Of a DNA stretch of 64,000 nt, positions 22,005-33,396 are shown piece after piece (position 1 is the first letter of the stretch; every line of letters begins with the position of its first letter). Source of the DNA: Candidatus Atelocyanobacterium thalassae (lineage in GTDB: Bacteria > Cyanobacteriota > Cyanobacteriia > Cyanobacteriales > Microcystaceae); the NCBI GenBank assembly GCA_051971635.1, contig JBFPLN010000001.1:192001-256000 (forward strand), in the 5' to 3' direction. Below the pieces are notes generated by a model. The model saw only the letters and a program-made list of their open reading frames with translations. It was not told the origin of the DNA and searched no databases. The translations under genes and the position numbers were made by a program.

Positions 22005-22395
22005 TTAAACTTCTACAAATTATATATGTATATATTTTAAATACTTAAACTAAAATATTAATTTTTTTTTCTAAATATTTTTATAAAAGTTATTTGCTAA
22101 AGTCTGGTAAGTTTATAACTATATTTCCATTTATTTAAAAATTTAGATTTAGTATGAATTAATTTACTAATTGTGATTTATTACAGAGATATATCCTAAG
22201 CGAATAACTTCTATTGAATAGAATACTGTACTGTTATGATGACCATACATTTAATTAATGTACGATCAAATAGTTTTAATTAAAGCTATTTTAAAAATGA
22301 ATAGGCAATAATTGCGATACACTAACTTGAGTGTATGAAAATAGTGAGATATAGTTGTATAAAAAATTTACATTAACTATTATAAAAAAACGTTT

Positions 22396-23130
22396 ATGAT
22401 TGATATTAGAGCCGTAGTTTTAGCAGGTGGATATGGAACAAGAATTAAGCACTTAATTTCTGATATTCCTAAACCAATGTTTCGAGTTGCCGATAAGCCA
22501 TTTATAGAATGGATTATTTCTCATGTTAAACAACAGGGAATTAATCAGGGGATTATATCTACTGGTTACTTAGGAGAAGTTATCGAAGAACATTTTAATA
22601 AACATAAGATAAGCGGAATCGATATCAATTGCTATCAAGAGAAAACACAATTAGGGACGGCAGGAGGTTTTATTCATGCAGTTAGACAAAATGGTTCATC
22701 TCCTGAAGCATGGTTAGTCATGAATGGCGACTCTCTAATAGCAAATAATTTTAAAAAGTTGATTAGCTATTTAGACAATCCAGAAGTAGGATGTGTCATA
22801 TTAGGAATATCTGTAGATGACACATCTCGCTATGGCTCTTTAGTCTTTGATGAGTCTAATAATCTACTTCGGTTTTCTGAAAAAGAAAGTGGTCAAGGAT
22901 TGATTAATGGCGGAATATATCTGTTTCGTCATAAGATTCTGGAGCATTTTCCTTCAAAATATCCTCTTAGCTTTGAATATGACGTTTTTCCAAAATTGTT
23001 ACAACAAAATATTAAGATTAAAGTTTGTAAAGTTCAATCTCCGTTCTTAGATATTGGAACGCCAGAAACTTTAACACAAGCTGAAAAATTTATTAAAGAA
23101 AACTTTACCAATTTAATTAAACCATGCTGA
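22396..23130 (+). CDS. Sugar-phosphate nucleotidyltransferase (HddC-like)
   Basis: LAGGYGTR...PKPM, LGTAG, NGDS, INGGIY, FLDIGTPE. Overlaps the downstream GHMP kinase start. Confidence 0.88.
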   Translation: MIDIRAVVLAGGYGTRIKHLISDIPKPMFRVADKPFIEWIISHVKQQGINQGIISTGYLGEVIEEHFNKHKISGIDINCYQEKTQLGTAGGFIHAVRQNGSSPEAWLVMNGDSLIANNFKKLISYLDNPEVGCVILGISVDDTSRYGSLVFDESNNLLRFSEKESGQGLINGGIYLFRHKILEHFPSKYPLSFEYDVFPKLLQQNIKIKVCKVQSPFLDIGTPETLTQAEKFIKENFTNLIKPC

Positions 23131-24104
23131 TTGCACGTGCCCCTGTTAGAATAAGCTTTTTTGGAGGAGGAACAGATTATCCTGAACATTTTCTTCGTCA
23201 TGGAGGAGCTGTTTTATCAACAGCAATTGATAAATTTTCATACGTAACTGCAAGTCCTTTCCCTAGTCATTTGTTTGATTATCTAGTTCGTATATCTTAT
23301 CGTAAAGTTGAGCTAGTCAAAACAATTGATCATATCGAGCATAAAGTATTCCGCGAATGCTTAAAATTTTGTAACTTAGAGAAAGATATTGAATTACACA
23401 ATGTAGCAGACCTACCTGCTTTCACAGGCCTGGGATCATCATCAGCTTTTACCGTATCTTTGTTACAAGCATTACATAACTTTAAAGGAGAATTTATTAA
23501 ACCTTTGGATTTAGCTTATGAAGCAATTTATGTAGAGCGTCATCTAGTAAAAGATAATGTAGGATGTCAAGATCAATTAATGTCTGCAGTAGGAGGATTT
23601 AATTTAGTAGAATTTAGAACAGAAGAAGATATTATTGTTAACCGGGTAAATATTTCCCCTCAAAGGTTAGCCGAATTTGAATCTCATATTTTCATTGTAT
23701 TTACCGGCATTAAAAGACGTGCTTCTCAAGTAGTAGAAAAACAACTTAAGCGAGTAGAGGATAATCTCGAAACCCTCAAAAAGATGCGTAAGATGGTTGA
23801 TCAAGGTTGGAATATTCTTACTAATAACGAATCATTATCAAAATTTGGTGAGTTATTACATGAGGCTTGGATAGCTAAAAGAAGTTTGGATCAAGGTATT
23901 TCGAATCCAGAAATAGATTATTTGTATGAACTTGGACGAAAAAATGGAGCTTGGGGAGGTAAACTTCTAGGAGCAGGTGCAGGTGGATTTTTATTATTTT
24001 TCGCATCACCTGAAGTCCATCCAAAGCTAGAGAAAGTTTTTAAAAATCATCAGATACTTTCTATTAAGATCAATTCACCAGGTTCTCAGGTTATTTTTTC
24101 ATAA
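23124..24104 (+). CDS. GHMP kinase, D-glycero-alpha-D-manno-heptose-7-phosphate kinase (HddA)-like
   Basis: RAPVRISFFGGGTD, DLPAFTGLGSSS, GCQDQ...AVGGFN, GGKLLGAGAGGF. Confidence 0.88.
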   Translation: MLIARAPVRISFFGGGTDYPEHFLRHGGAVLSTAIDKFSYVTASPFPSHLFDYLVRISYRKVELVKTIDHIEHKVFRECLKFCNLEKDIELHNVADLPAFTGLGSSSAFTVSLLQALHNFKGEFIKPLDLAYEAIYVERHLVKDNVGCQDQLMSAVGGFNLVEFRTEEDIIVNRVNISPQRLAEFESHIFIVFTGIKRRASQVVEKQLKRVEDNLETLKKMRKMVDQGWNILTNNESLSKFGELLHEAWIAKRSLDQGISNPEIDYLYELGRKNGAWGGKLLGAGAGGFLLFFASPEVHPKLEKVFKNHQILSIKINSPGSQVIFS

Positions 24105-24740
24105 ATTTATAGTAAATTGTATGAGTAATAAATAGTTGATTGACTCGACGCTTTATTTTAGTAAACTTTTAGAATAAGTAGTTACCAATATATTTACTGG
24201 TAATTTTAATTTAGATAAAATCTATCCTAATATGTGACTACAAGAAATATAAATTAAACAACTAGCAAATATTTATTAAAGATATTTCCTTAGTCATAAG
24301 TTAACGTTTTAGGGAAAGCAATCATGTAATTATTTTGAAACAATGTTAATTTTTACAGTATTAAAAGTTATATGATAGTCAGTTTTATCCTCAATATAAT
24401 TATAAATATACTTCTTCTTAGTATTTTCAAAAAAAGTTTTATTCTGCAAGTTTTAGATATAAAGTTATATAAACAGTATAAGAATAGAATTTAGTTTCTG
24501 AAGATTTATAAAAGATAAAGAAATCGTATTTATATTTACTCAACAATCTTATTACTAAAATTTATTAAAGATAATTATATAATTTGGTTAAAAATTATAC
24601 ATAAGATTTTCTATATATGTTCTTAAAAAGATCAACGTAATTTACTTTCAATAGGCAAAAAAGCTACATTTAAAATTTCTAGCATATTAAATAACTATAT
24701 TCAGATTAAAATAAGATAACCTAAAACAATAATTAATCAT

Positions 24741-25304
24741 ATGATTGAATTTATTCATATTCATCGTATTAAGAATTTTTTAATTGCCATTGTTTCCATT
24801 ATTCTTGGCGTAACTATATTTCTTGGTTTCCAAAAACAGGTAAATTCTTCCTCTTTAGAATTTCAAGCTAAGCAATCTATTTCTATGGAGGTTGCAATGA
24901 TGAATAAAAAGCCAACAGTATTAGAATTCTACGCTACATGGTGTACAAGCTGTCAATCAATGGCTTCAAAATTAGCGAAATTTAAAGAAAAATATTCCAA
25001 TAATATTAATTTTGTAATGCTCAATGTAGATAACAATAAATGGCTACCTGATATTCTTCATTATCAAATTAAAGGCATTCCATACTTTGTTTTTATGGAT
25101 CATCAAAATAAAATAGTTGCTCAAACAATTGGGGAACAACCTTTTGAAGTGATGCAAGCTAATTTAGATGCGTTAAATAAGAATGAAAAGTTACCTTATT
25201 CCTATGTAACTGGTAAAAATTCTGATTTTTCCGCCACCATAAAAACATCTTCAGATAGTCCTCTAAGTCATGGACATAAAACCTTAAGTCAAGCCTTGGA
25301 ATAA
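24741..25304 (+). CDS. txlA: Membrane-anchored thioredoxin-like protein TxlA/HCF164
   Basis: N-terminal TM, EFYATWCTSC, NFVMLNVDN.KW, GIPYF, C-terminal PLSHG. Confidence 0.88.
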   Translation: MIEFIHIHRIKNFLIAIVSIILGVTIFLGFQKQVNSSSLEFQAKQSISMEVAMMNKKPTVLEFYATWCTSCQSMASKLAKFKEKYSNNINFVMLNVDNNKWLPDILHYQIKGIPYFVFMDHQNKIVAQTIGEQPFEVMQANLDALNKNEKLPYSYVTGKNSDFSATIKTSSDSPLSHGHKTLSQALE

Positions 25305-25318
25305 TCTTTTTTATTTTG

Positions 25319-25327
25319 TGCTACTAT
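25319..25327 (+). promoter_or_regulatory. Extended -10 promoter (TGnTACTAT) for the 6S RNA
   Basis: tg-c-tactat at 25319-25327, about 7 nt upstream of the predicted RNA 5' end. Confidence 0.55.
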
Positions 25328-25333
25328 ACCTTT

Positions 25334-25515
25334 ACGAACTGCTGTTTTGGTGACTGCCAAAAGAGTTTTTTGACTATGCTCTAAATTTAAGGGCTTTAAT
25401 TTAGATATCGTAGTAGTAAACCAAGCTTAGATTTGGAAACAGAATCGATAATCAATCAAGGCCCACCTGGTTTTCCAGGTCATAAACTGAGGTAAAACGA
25501 TACAGCGGTTCTTCA
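25334..25515 (+). ncRNA. ssaA: 6S RNA (SsaA/6Sa)
   Basis: About 180-nt GC-richer non-coding island. Its ends pair: gaactgctgt (25336-45) with acagcggttc (25502-11). It carries 5' TTGGTGACTGCC and 3' CCCACCTGG-tttt-CCAGGTCATAAAC...GGTAAAACG segments that I recall from cyanobacterial 6S RNAs. Ends are approximate. Confidence 0.88.
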
Positions 25516-25594
25516 AAACTATTTCTGTTATGAAAAATATAAGCAGAATACAAATTATTTATTATAGGCTTTAAATTAAATCATTGAGATATGG

Positions 25595-25638
25595 ATAAAT
25601 CCTGCAATAGTCTTTTAAAAAACTACCGCAGGATTTAT
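25595..25638. terminator. Bidirectional stem-loop between convergent 6S RNA and ndhH
   Basis: ataaatcctgc (25595-25605) and gcaggatttat (25628-25638), with further imperfect inner pairing. Confidence 0.7.
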
Positions 25639-25653
25639 ATATATTATTTGTAG

Positions 25654-26838
25654 TTAACGATCCACTGAGCCCATAATGACATCAATACTACCTAAAATTG
25701 CCATAATATCAGCTACTTTTACTCCCTTAAGTAAATGAGGTAGAATTTGTAAATTATTGAAGTCAGGAGCGCGAATTTTCCAGCGCCATGGGAAGACATC
25801 ATTATTACCAATAATAAAGATTCCTAATTCTCCTTTCCCACTCTCTAGACGAACATAGTGTTCACCTGATGGAATTTTAAATGTAGGAGCAACTTTCTTA
25901 GCTATGTATTGATAGTCGAAATCGTCCCACTGAGACTTTTTCCCTTCTATCATACGATTCGCTTCTAAATTTTCGTAAGGTCCTCCTGGAATACTCTTAA
26001 GAGCTTGACAGATGATTTTAGCCGATTCACGCATTTCTTTAATACGAACAAGATAGCGAGCTAAGCAATCTCCTTCTGTCTCCCACTGGATATCCCAATC
26101 AAAGTCATCATAACATTCATAATGATCAACTTTTCGAAGATCCCATTTCACGCCAGAGCCGCGTAACATAGGACCAGATAACCCCCAATTAATGGCATCC
26201 TCGCGAGTAATTTTTCCTATTCCTTCTATACGACGTCGGAAAATAGGATTATTAGTAATTAACTTCTCATATTCATCTACTTTAATTTTAAAGTGATTGC
26301 AGAAGTCTTCACATTTGTCGATCCAACCATATGGTAAATCAACTGCTACTCCTCCAATACGGAAGTAGTTATTATTAATCAATCTCATTCCTGAAGCTGC
26401 TTCCCAAAGATCGTAAATCATTTCACGTTCTCGGAAAATATAGAAGAAAGGAGTCGTTGCACCTACATCCGCTAAGAAAGGACCTAACCATAATAAATGG
26501 TTAGCAATGCGATTCAATTCCAACATAATGACCCGAATATATTGGGCACGTTTTGGAACTTGAATATTTGCCAGTTTCTCTGGTGCATTTACAGTAATCG
26601 CCTCATTAAACATTCCAGCCGCATAATCCCAACGACTGACATAAGGAACGTACATAATGTTAGTACGATTTTCTGCAATTTTCTCCATCCCACGGTGAAG
26701 ATACCCAATAACAGGTTCACAGTCTACTACATCTTCCCCGTCTAGGGTAACGATCAGACGTAGTACCCCATGCATTGAGGGATGATGTGGCCCCATGTTT
26801 ATTACCATGGGTTCGGTTCTAGTTTCGATTTTTGACAT
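25654..26838 (-). CDS. ndhH: NAD(P)H-quinone oxidoreductase subunit H (NDH-1)
   Basis: [45 protein letters not shown]. Confidence 0.99.
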   Translation of the reverse strand: MSKIETRTEPMVINMGPHHPSMHGVLRLIVTLDGEDVVDCEPVIGYLHRGMEKIAENRTNIMYVPYVSRWDYAAGMFNEAITVNAPEKLANIQVPKRAQYIRVIMLELNRIANHLLWLGPFLADVGATTPFFYIFREREMIYDLWEAASGMRLINNNYFRIGGVAVDLPYGWIDKCEDFCNHFKIKVDEYEKLITNNPIFRRRIEGIGKITREDAINWGLSGPMLRGSGVKWDLRKVDHYECYDDFDWDIQWETEGDCLARYLVRIKEMRESAKIICQALKSIPGGPYENLEANRMIEGKKSQWDDFDYQYIAKKVAPTFKIPSGEHYVRLESGKGELGIFIIGNNDVFPWRWKIRAPDFNNLQILPHLLKGVKVADIMAILGSIDVIMGSVDR

Positions 26839-27340
26839 AGAGTGGCCAGTTGATCGTCATCATCTATTCTAGAATAACAGGGCAGCTTTCACATAGCTTT
26901 ACAATAAAATTTGTCTCTATAAATTGAGAATAATCTTAATAAGCTAATAATTAATCATGAAAATAGTGAACACTGGTCCAATTAAATAGTTATAGATAAT
27001 TTAAATAATTTTTCTGAATATATTTATTTTTATGATATATATGTATATATTATAAAAAATAATTAGTAGAATATCAGGATAAAAGCACCATCATTATAAA
27101 TTGAGAATATAAGCTAAATATATTCTAGTTAAAAAAACGATTAATTTTATGTTGTGTCAAACGGCATTTTTTGATACTACTAAATAAAAAACCATCTTTA
27201 AGACAATCATAGCTCTTTCTATTTTCAACATATTACTTAGATTTAACAATTATTTTCAACATAATTTTAACTTTTGTGTTAACGTTCGATAAATAATAAT
27301 TTTCAGGTTTCTTATAACGTCAATCTGGTGATCATAACTT

Positions 27341-28717
27341 ATGCGCATCAGTCTATTAGAGCGAATATTACGTAAAGTTAAAATCAAACAGCGTGATTTA
27401 GTAAGCATAGGCCAAAAGACTCCAAAGAAAGTTAATAGATGGATGAAATGGCTTTCTCCAGGCTTATTAATCAAGCGTTGGCTATTTATTAGTTCTACAG
27501 GTGTATTACTAATAGTTTTAGGGTTAGCTATTTGGAGTAAATTAACACCAGTAAATAGATTGTTGGAATTGATTTCTCAATTCCTTGAAAATGTTACAAC
27601 TCGTATTCCTAATTACATATCCGGTCCGGGAGCTCTTTTACTGGGAATATTCTTACTCTTATGGGGACAAAATCGAACCCTAGTTTCTATTACTGAAGCT
27701 TTTTCTGATGGAGATCAGGAATTAGTTGATCGTCTTCTTAATCATAGGCGTTTAAATCGTGGACCTAAAATCGTAACAATTGGTGGAGGTACAGGATTAT
27801 CTACTTTATTAAGAGGTTTAAAGCAATATAGTGCAAATATTACAGCTATCGTTACAGTAGCTGACGATGGTGGCTCTTCGGGAAGACTACGGGAAGAAAT
27901 AGGAGTTTTACCTCCTGGTGACATTCGTAATTGTATGACTGCTTTGGCCGATGAAGAGAAACTCTTAACAGAATTGTTTCAATATCGTTTCCAAGCAGGC
28001 GATGGTCTTACTGGCCACAGCTTTGGTAATTTATTTTTAACGGCCATGACAGCAATTACAGGAAGAGATTTTGAAAAGGCAATTGCTGCAAGTTCCAAAG
28101 TTTTAGCAATACGAGGTAAAGTATTACCAGCAACTTTAAGTGATGTTCGTTTATGGGCAAAATTAGATGATGGTCGTTTTATAGAAGGCGAATCTCACAT
28201 AACAGAAGCTGGTGGAAATATTACTCAAATCGGTTGTTTTCCCTCTAATCCACCTGCCTTGCCTGCTGCATTACAAGCCATTAAAGAAGCAAACTATGTA
28301 ATAATAGGTCCTGGTAGCTTATATACTAGCGTTATCCCTAATCTTTTAGTTCCAGAACTTAGAGAAGCTCTAAAAAAAGTCAAAATTCCTCGAATTTATG
28401 TTAGTAATATCATGACTCAACCTGGAGAGACTGAAGGATACTCAGTATCGGATCATATAAAAGCTATTGAGCAGGTTTGTGGACAGAAAGTATTCGATGC
28501 AGTTTTAGTACAACGTGTTCCCCCTTCTCCTCCTGCATTAAAACATTATGCGCTAGAAAACTGTCATCCTGTCTTCTTAGATAAGGAAAACGTAAAAGCG
28601 TTAGGCTATCGTATAGTCTTAGCTAACGTTATGGATGAAAACTCAATGACAATTAAAATTAGCCATCATCCTCAGCGCTTAGCAAGGGTCTTATTACGTT
28701 GGTATGGAAAAAACTAA
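27341..28717 (+). CDS. YvcK/GlmR family (gluconeogenesis factor; UDP-GlcNAc-binding) protein with N-terminal TM segments
   Basis: [44 protein letters not shown]. Confidence 0.93.
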   Translation: MRISLLERILRKVKIKQRDLVSIGQKTPKKVNRWMKWLSPGLLIKRWLFISSTGVLLIVLGLAIWSKLTPVNRLLELISQFLENVTTRIPNYISGPGALLLGIFLLLWGQNRTLVSITEAFSDGDQELVDRLLNHRRLNRGPKIVTIGGGTGLSTLLRGLKQYSANITAIVTVADDGGSSGRLREEIGVLPPGDIRNCMTALADEEKLLTELFQYRFQAGDGLTGHSFGNLFLTAMTAITGRDFEKAIAASSKVLAIRGKVLPATLSDVRLWAKLDDGRFIEGESHITEAGGNITQIGCFPSNPPALPAALQAIKEANYVIIGPGSLYTSVIPNLLVPELREALKKVKIPRIYVSNIMTQPGETEGYSVSDHIKAIEQVCGQKVFDAVLVQRVPPSPPALKHYALENCHPVFLDKENVKALGYRIVLANVMDENSMTIKISHHPQRLARVLLRWYGKN

Positions 28718-29137
28718 AGTAATACAAGCATTAAAATCGTATTTTATTAATATATTGCAACTGCTAAAAAAGTTGAAATAGAAATTTATATTTTAAGTAA
28801 ATAGTTACTCTTAATAAAAGAAAGTATAAAACTATTTTCAATTAAGTTTCTTATTGTAATTAGTTGTTGTAATTATTTCTTGTTATGTAAATAAAATATT
28901 TTATATCGAGTAATTATTAACTTTCTACATAAAGAAGTAATTTAACAAATTTCATATATAAATTATTAAAAAAAATTGATAATTTATTGTCTAATTTAAA
29001 TAGATATTATAAATTATTTCATCATAATTTATAATATCTATTTCATAAACTATAATTAAAAGTTGAGAAAAGATAAAAACTAATTATCGTAATTGATAAA
29101 ATAAATTTATTCTTAAAATATTACAAGTATTAATAAT

Positions 29138-30571
29138 ATGACATCGAACCGAGATAATCCCTTCCTCAATCTCGAATATCAAACTGCTTTAGAAGATTTA
29201 GGGAATGAGTACTATGAAGAGGTAAGTGCAGCTAGATTTCCACAACATATTTTAAGATTTCGTAATAATGATTTATTGAAGTATCTGGGACTAGTACCAG
29301 ATAATGTAGACGATATACATTTTGTTGAAGTATTTGGAAAGTTTAAAAAAATAAGACCTTTTTTAGCATTATGCTATCACGGTTATCAATTTGGAGAATA
29401 CAATTCTTTTTTAGGTGATGGAAGAGGATTCCTGTATGGACAAGTTAAAGGAATAGATGAAGAGATTTATGATTTTGGGACAAAAGGATCTGGAAAAACG
29501 CCTTACTCTAGAGGCGGTGATGGGAAATTGACTCTTAAAGGGGGAATTAGAGAAGTTCTCGCAGCGGAAATATTACATAGAGTTGGAGTTAAAACATCTC
29601 GATGTCTAAGCTTGATCGAAACAGGCGAAAGATTATGGAGAGGAGATGAGCCGTCTCCTACTCGTTCTTCAGTGATGGTCAGAATGAGTCGCTCCCATAT
29701 TCGTTTTGGGACTTTTGAACGTCTCTATCATCTTAAAAGACCTGACTTAATCAAAAAATTATTAGATTTTGTGATTAATACTTATTATCCAGAAATTGCT
29801 TTAGAAAATGATCGTTATGGTTTATTTTATGAAGAATTAGTAAAAAGAAATGCTCAGTTAGTCGCTCATTGGATGGCTGCAGGATTTTGTCATGGGGTAC
29901 TTAATACAGACAACATGTCTATTGTTGGTGAAAGCTTTGATTATGGGCCTTATGCTTTTATTGATACATATGACCCACTTTTTACTTCTGCTTATTTTGA
30001 TCATGGTCGACGCTATAGCTATGGTAATCAACCTTTAATGGTTCGTACCAATTTAGAAATGTTACAGTTACCATTGATGAGTATCATACCTCCTAAGGTT
30101 TTAGAAGCAGGTATAAGTAAGTTTACTTATTACTATGAGAATGCATATCGTGAAGCAATCTCTAATAAATTAGGTTTAACAGGAATAGTTAATCAAGAAA
30201 GTGAACTCCTAGAAGCAACAATAGATGTATTAAAAACAAGTCAAATTAATTATCACCAATTTTTTATTTACTTGATAGACAACATAAATAGAAGCTGGTG
30301 GGAAAACCCTTCTAATATTTTGGATAAAACTAGATTGCCTGCTGCAAATTGGGTGAATTGGAAAAGGATATATAATAAGTGTTTAAATCAATATTCTTCG
30401 GATCAAATCAACAATATTATCAATAATTTAAATCAGTTTAATATTAGAATTCCTTTGCTGAAGTCAAAAATAGAATTATTATGGGAATCCATAGCTTATC
30501 GTGACGATTGGCAACCTTTTTATCAATTAATAAAAAATACTGTACCTTCTAAAATAACAATAACCAAATAG
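29138..30571 (+). CDS. YdiU/SelO family protein adenylyltransferase
   Basis: YHGYQFG...LGDGRG, KGSGKTPYSRGGDG, HIRFGTFE, HGVLNTDNMS, FDYGP. Confidence 0.93.
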   Translation: MTSNRDNPFLNLEYQTALEDLGNEYYEEVSAARFPQHILRFRNNDLLKYLGLVPDNVDDIHFVEVFGKFKKIRPFLALCYHGYQFGEYNSFLGDGRGFLYGQVKGIDEEIYDFGTKGSGKTPYSRGGDGKLTLKGGIREVLAAEILHRVGVKTSRCLSLIETGERLWRGDEPSPTRSSVMVRMSRSHIRFGTFERLYHLKRPDLIKKLLDFVINTYYPEIALENDRYGLFYEELVKRNAQLVAHWMAAGFCHGVLNTDNMSIVGESFDYGPYAFIDTYDPLFTSAYFDHGRRYSYGNQPLMVRTNLEMLQLPLMSIIPPKVLEAGISKFTYYYENAYREAISNKLGLTGIVNQESELLEATIDVLKTSQINYHQFFIYLIDNINRSWWENPSNILDKTRLPAANWVNWKRIYNKCLNQYSSDQINNIINNLNQFNIRIPLLKSKIELLWESIAYRDDWQPFYQLIKNTVPSKITITK

Positions 30572-30726
30572 AATATTCATGATTCAATACCTAATTTTTA
30601 TTGACATATTAATTATTAATATAAATGTACATTACTTGAATATAGAGAATGTTAATAATAACTAAAATTGATAATATGGCTCATGAGATTTAAAATATAG
30701 TTCACCAAACATTTATATAAAAATTT

Positions 30727-31845
30727 GTGATTAATTCTAGTATTTCTCAAAACCTACTAAAAACACCTATATACGATCTCATCATTGAAGAAAAAGCCAA
30801 AATGATAGATTTTTTTGGTTGGAATATGCCTATTCAGTTTAGTGGTATTCAGACAGAACATAATGCTGTTAGAAATAGTGTTGGAATATTTGATATTTCT
30901 CATATGGGTAAACTTTTAATAGAAGGAGATGAGTTAGTCTCCTTATTACAGTTCCTTGTCCCATCAGATATTAAACGATTAGTTCCTGGAAAAGCACAAT
31001 ATACAACATTTTTGAATTCCAATGGCGGAATAATAGACGACATTATCATCTATTATCAAACCCCCAAAAAAGCCATAATCATAACTAATTCATCGACAAA
31101 AGATAAAGATATAAAGTGGATTGAATCAAATACTAAATCTAATTCACTTAAAGTAACTGATTTATCTCAAAAAAATGTTTTACTGGCAATTCAAGGACCA
31201 AAAGCTTTGGAAAAGTTACAGTTATTTACTACTAATGAAATAGCACAGTTATCTTTCTTTGAACATGTAGAGACTGAGATATTAGGATATCCTGCTTTTA
31301 TATCTCGTACAGGATACACAGGAGAAGATGGTTTTGAAATCATGGTTTCAGATACAATAGGAAAAAAGTTGTGGAAATTGTTTGTTGACGAAAAAGTCGT
31401 ACCTTGTGGATTAGGGGCTAGAGATACTTTACGTTTAGAAGCATCTATGTGTTTATATGGTCAAGATATTAATGAAAATACCACGCCTTTAGAGGCTGGT
31501 TTAAATAATTTGGTACATTTAAATAGTAAAGGAGATTTTATAGGGCGAGAAGTCTTAGAAAGACAAGCTAAAGAAGGAATTAATAAATTATTGGTAGTGT
31601 TAGAAATGGAAGGAAAACAAATTGCTCGACGTGGATATAATGTTTTTGCTAACGGTGAGTATGTAAGTACAATAACTAGTGGTACATTTATTCCGACGAC
31701 AAAGAAATCTTTATCATTTACTTATCTCCCTATTTATTTAAGCCAAGTAGGAACAGTCGTTAATGTAGAAATAAGAGAAAAATTTTATCCAGCAAAAGTT
31801 ATACAAAAAACATTTTTTAAATCAAAAAAAAAAAATAAGAGATAA
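30727..31845 (+). CDS. gcvT: Glycine cleavage system aminomethyltransferase T
   Basis: EHNAVR...FDISHMG, GGIIDD, SRTGYTGEDGFE, GLGARDTLRLEA. Confidence 0.96.
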   Translation: MINSSISQNLLKTPIYDLIIEEKAKMIDFFGWNMPIQFSGIQTEHNAVRNSVGIFDISHMGKLLIEGDELVSLLQFLVPSDIKRLVPGKAQYTTFLNSNGGIIDDIIIYYQTPKKAIIITNSSTKDKDIKWIESNTKSNSLKVTDLSQKNVLLAIQGPKALEKLQLFTTNEIAQLSFFEHVETEILGYPAFISRTGYTGEDGFEIMVSDTIGKKLWKLFVDEKVVPCGLGARDTLRLEASMCLYGQDINENTTPLEAGLNNLVHLNSKGDFIGREVLERQAKEGINKLLVVLEMEGKQIARRGYNVFANGEYVSTITSGTFIPTTKKSLSFTYLPIYLSQVGTVVNVEIREKFYPAKVIQKTFFKSKKKNKR

Positions 31846-31908
31846 CACATTATTTATGAAAGTTATTCAATAGTTGAAACTGATACTGATGTTATTAATT
31901 TACCTTTT

Positions 31909-33291
31909 ATGAAAAATTCTTATTTGCTCTGGCTAATTATTAGCATAAGTTTTTTTATTTTATTTGGATGTTCTAGCTTAAGACATTCTCTCTTCCAGTC
32001 TAATGCTCTAGATCTAGGTTGGTTTGATCAAACTTCTTACTTAATTAGTCAAGGGATTGAGCCCGTTGTTTCTTTTTCTGATAATCATATATTAGGAGAT
32101 CACGCGGCAATTATTTTATATCCTTTATCGTTATTTTATATAGTTTATCCAGATATACATTGGTTACTTTTTATTCAATCGTTTGCTTTAGCAATTACTA
32201 TCTTACCCTTATGGAAACTAGCGAAACAGGCTAATTTGTCTGATAATTCATCTTTAGTTGTCATATTTATATATTTACTTTATCCATTAACCTTTAATGT
32301 TAATTTATTTGACTTTCATACAGAAATTATTGCTTTACCTGCAATTGTATGGTCAATCTTAGCAGCTAAAATAAACTCAAGATTACAATTTGTTTTCTCA
32401 ATCATACTAATCTTAAGTTGTAAAGCAGTATTATCATTAACAGTAATTGGAATAGGTTTTTGGTTATTTTTTAATAAAAGAAAAAGAGAATATGGGATCT
32501 TTGCACTATTTACAGGAGTAATATGGTTTGTATTAGCTACACAATTTATTATTCCTCAGTTTAATAATGGTGAAGTTGCGGCTGTAGGGAGATATTCATT
32601 CTTAGGTAGTTCAGTTTTTGATATTGTTGTTAATTTATTTACTAACCCAAAAATCATTTTCAGCTATATTTGGAACTTGGCAAATTTAGAATATATTGTA
32701 TTACTATTTATTCCCGTAGCTTGTTTTTTGAATCCTTATTATTTTAATGTTTTAATACCTGCTATTCCTAACTTGGCCTTAAATTTATTAACAGATTATC
32801 AGCCACAAAAAGATTTAGTTCATCAGTATTCTGTTCCTATAATACCATTTCTATTATTACTAGTTATTAGTTGCATACAAAATAAGAAAGAAATAACTTT
32901 CCTTACAAAATATGCTCTAATATGGTCATTGCTAAGTTTTTTAGTATTAGCAAAATATAATTTTTTTATTTTTAGATACATCAAACAGATGGGAAAAATA
33001 TCAGCCATGAAAGAAGCTGTAGAATTAGTACCTCCAAAAGTAAAAGTATTAACATCCCCTCAGTTCGCACCTCATTTGAGCCATCGTTCCGTCATCAAAT
33101 TAGCTATTGGAGATCATGATCCCATTAATATTGATAGTTATGATCATATATTACTAAATGTACGCTATCCAGGCTGGAGAAATTCTAGATATACAGTTGA
33201 CAAGTTAGTAAAAAAACTAAAAAATGACTCTGATTTTAGATTAGAATATAGCCGTAAAGATATAGTTTTATTCAAAAAAAAAGATAATTAA
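31909..33291 (+). CDS. DUF2079 family membrane protein (probable GT-C-type glycosyltransferase)
   Basis: DLGWFDQ, LGDH, NLFDFH.E, HQYS; many TM helices and a soluble C-terminus. Confidence 0.8.
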   Translation: MKNSYLLWLIISISFFILFGCSSLRHSLFQSNALDLGWFDQTSYLISQGIEPVVSFSDNHILGDHAAIILYPLSLFYIVYPDIHWLLFIQSFALAITILPLWKLAKQANLSDNSSLVVIFIYLLYPLTFNVNLFDFHTEIIALPAIVWSILAAKINSRLQFVFSIILILSCKAVLSLTVIGIGFWLFFNKRKREYGIFALFTGVIWFVLATQFIIPQFNNGEVAAVGRYSFLGSSVFDIVVNLFTNPKIIFSYIWNLANLEYIVLLFIPVACFLNPYYFNVLIPAIPNLALNLLTDYQPQKDLVHQYSVPIIPFLLLLVISCIQNKKEITFLTKYALIWSLLSFLVLAKYNFFIFRYIKQMGKISAMKEAVELVPPKVKVLTSPQFAPHLSHRSVIKLAIGDHDPINIDSYDHILLNVRYPGWRNSRYTVDKLVKKLKNDSDFRLEYSRKDIVLFKKKDN

Positions 33292-33396
33292 TTTTCTTCT
33301 ATCTGAAAATATAAACAATTAGAAAGTGTAATTTATATTAGGAAATTCTGCCTTTTTTATTGACCATGCTATACTAAACTGACATTAACTATAAGA

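Noticed and set aside
31824..31835. A12 homopolymer at the gcvT 3' end as a phase-variation tract
   Set aside because: It lies in the last few codons, so slippage would change only the tail. Such runs are expected in AT-rich DNA.
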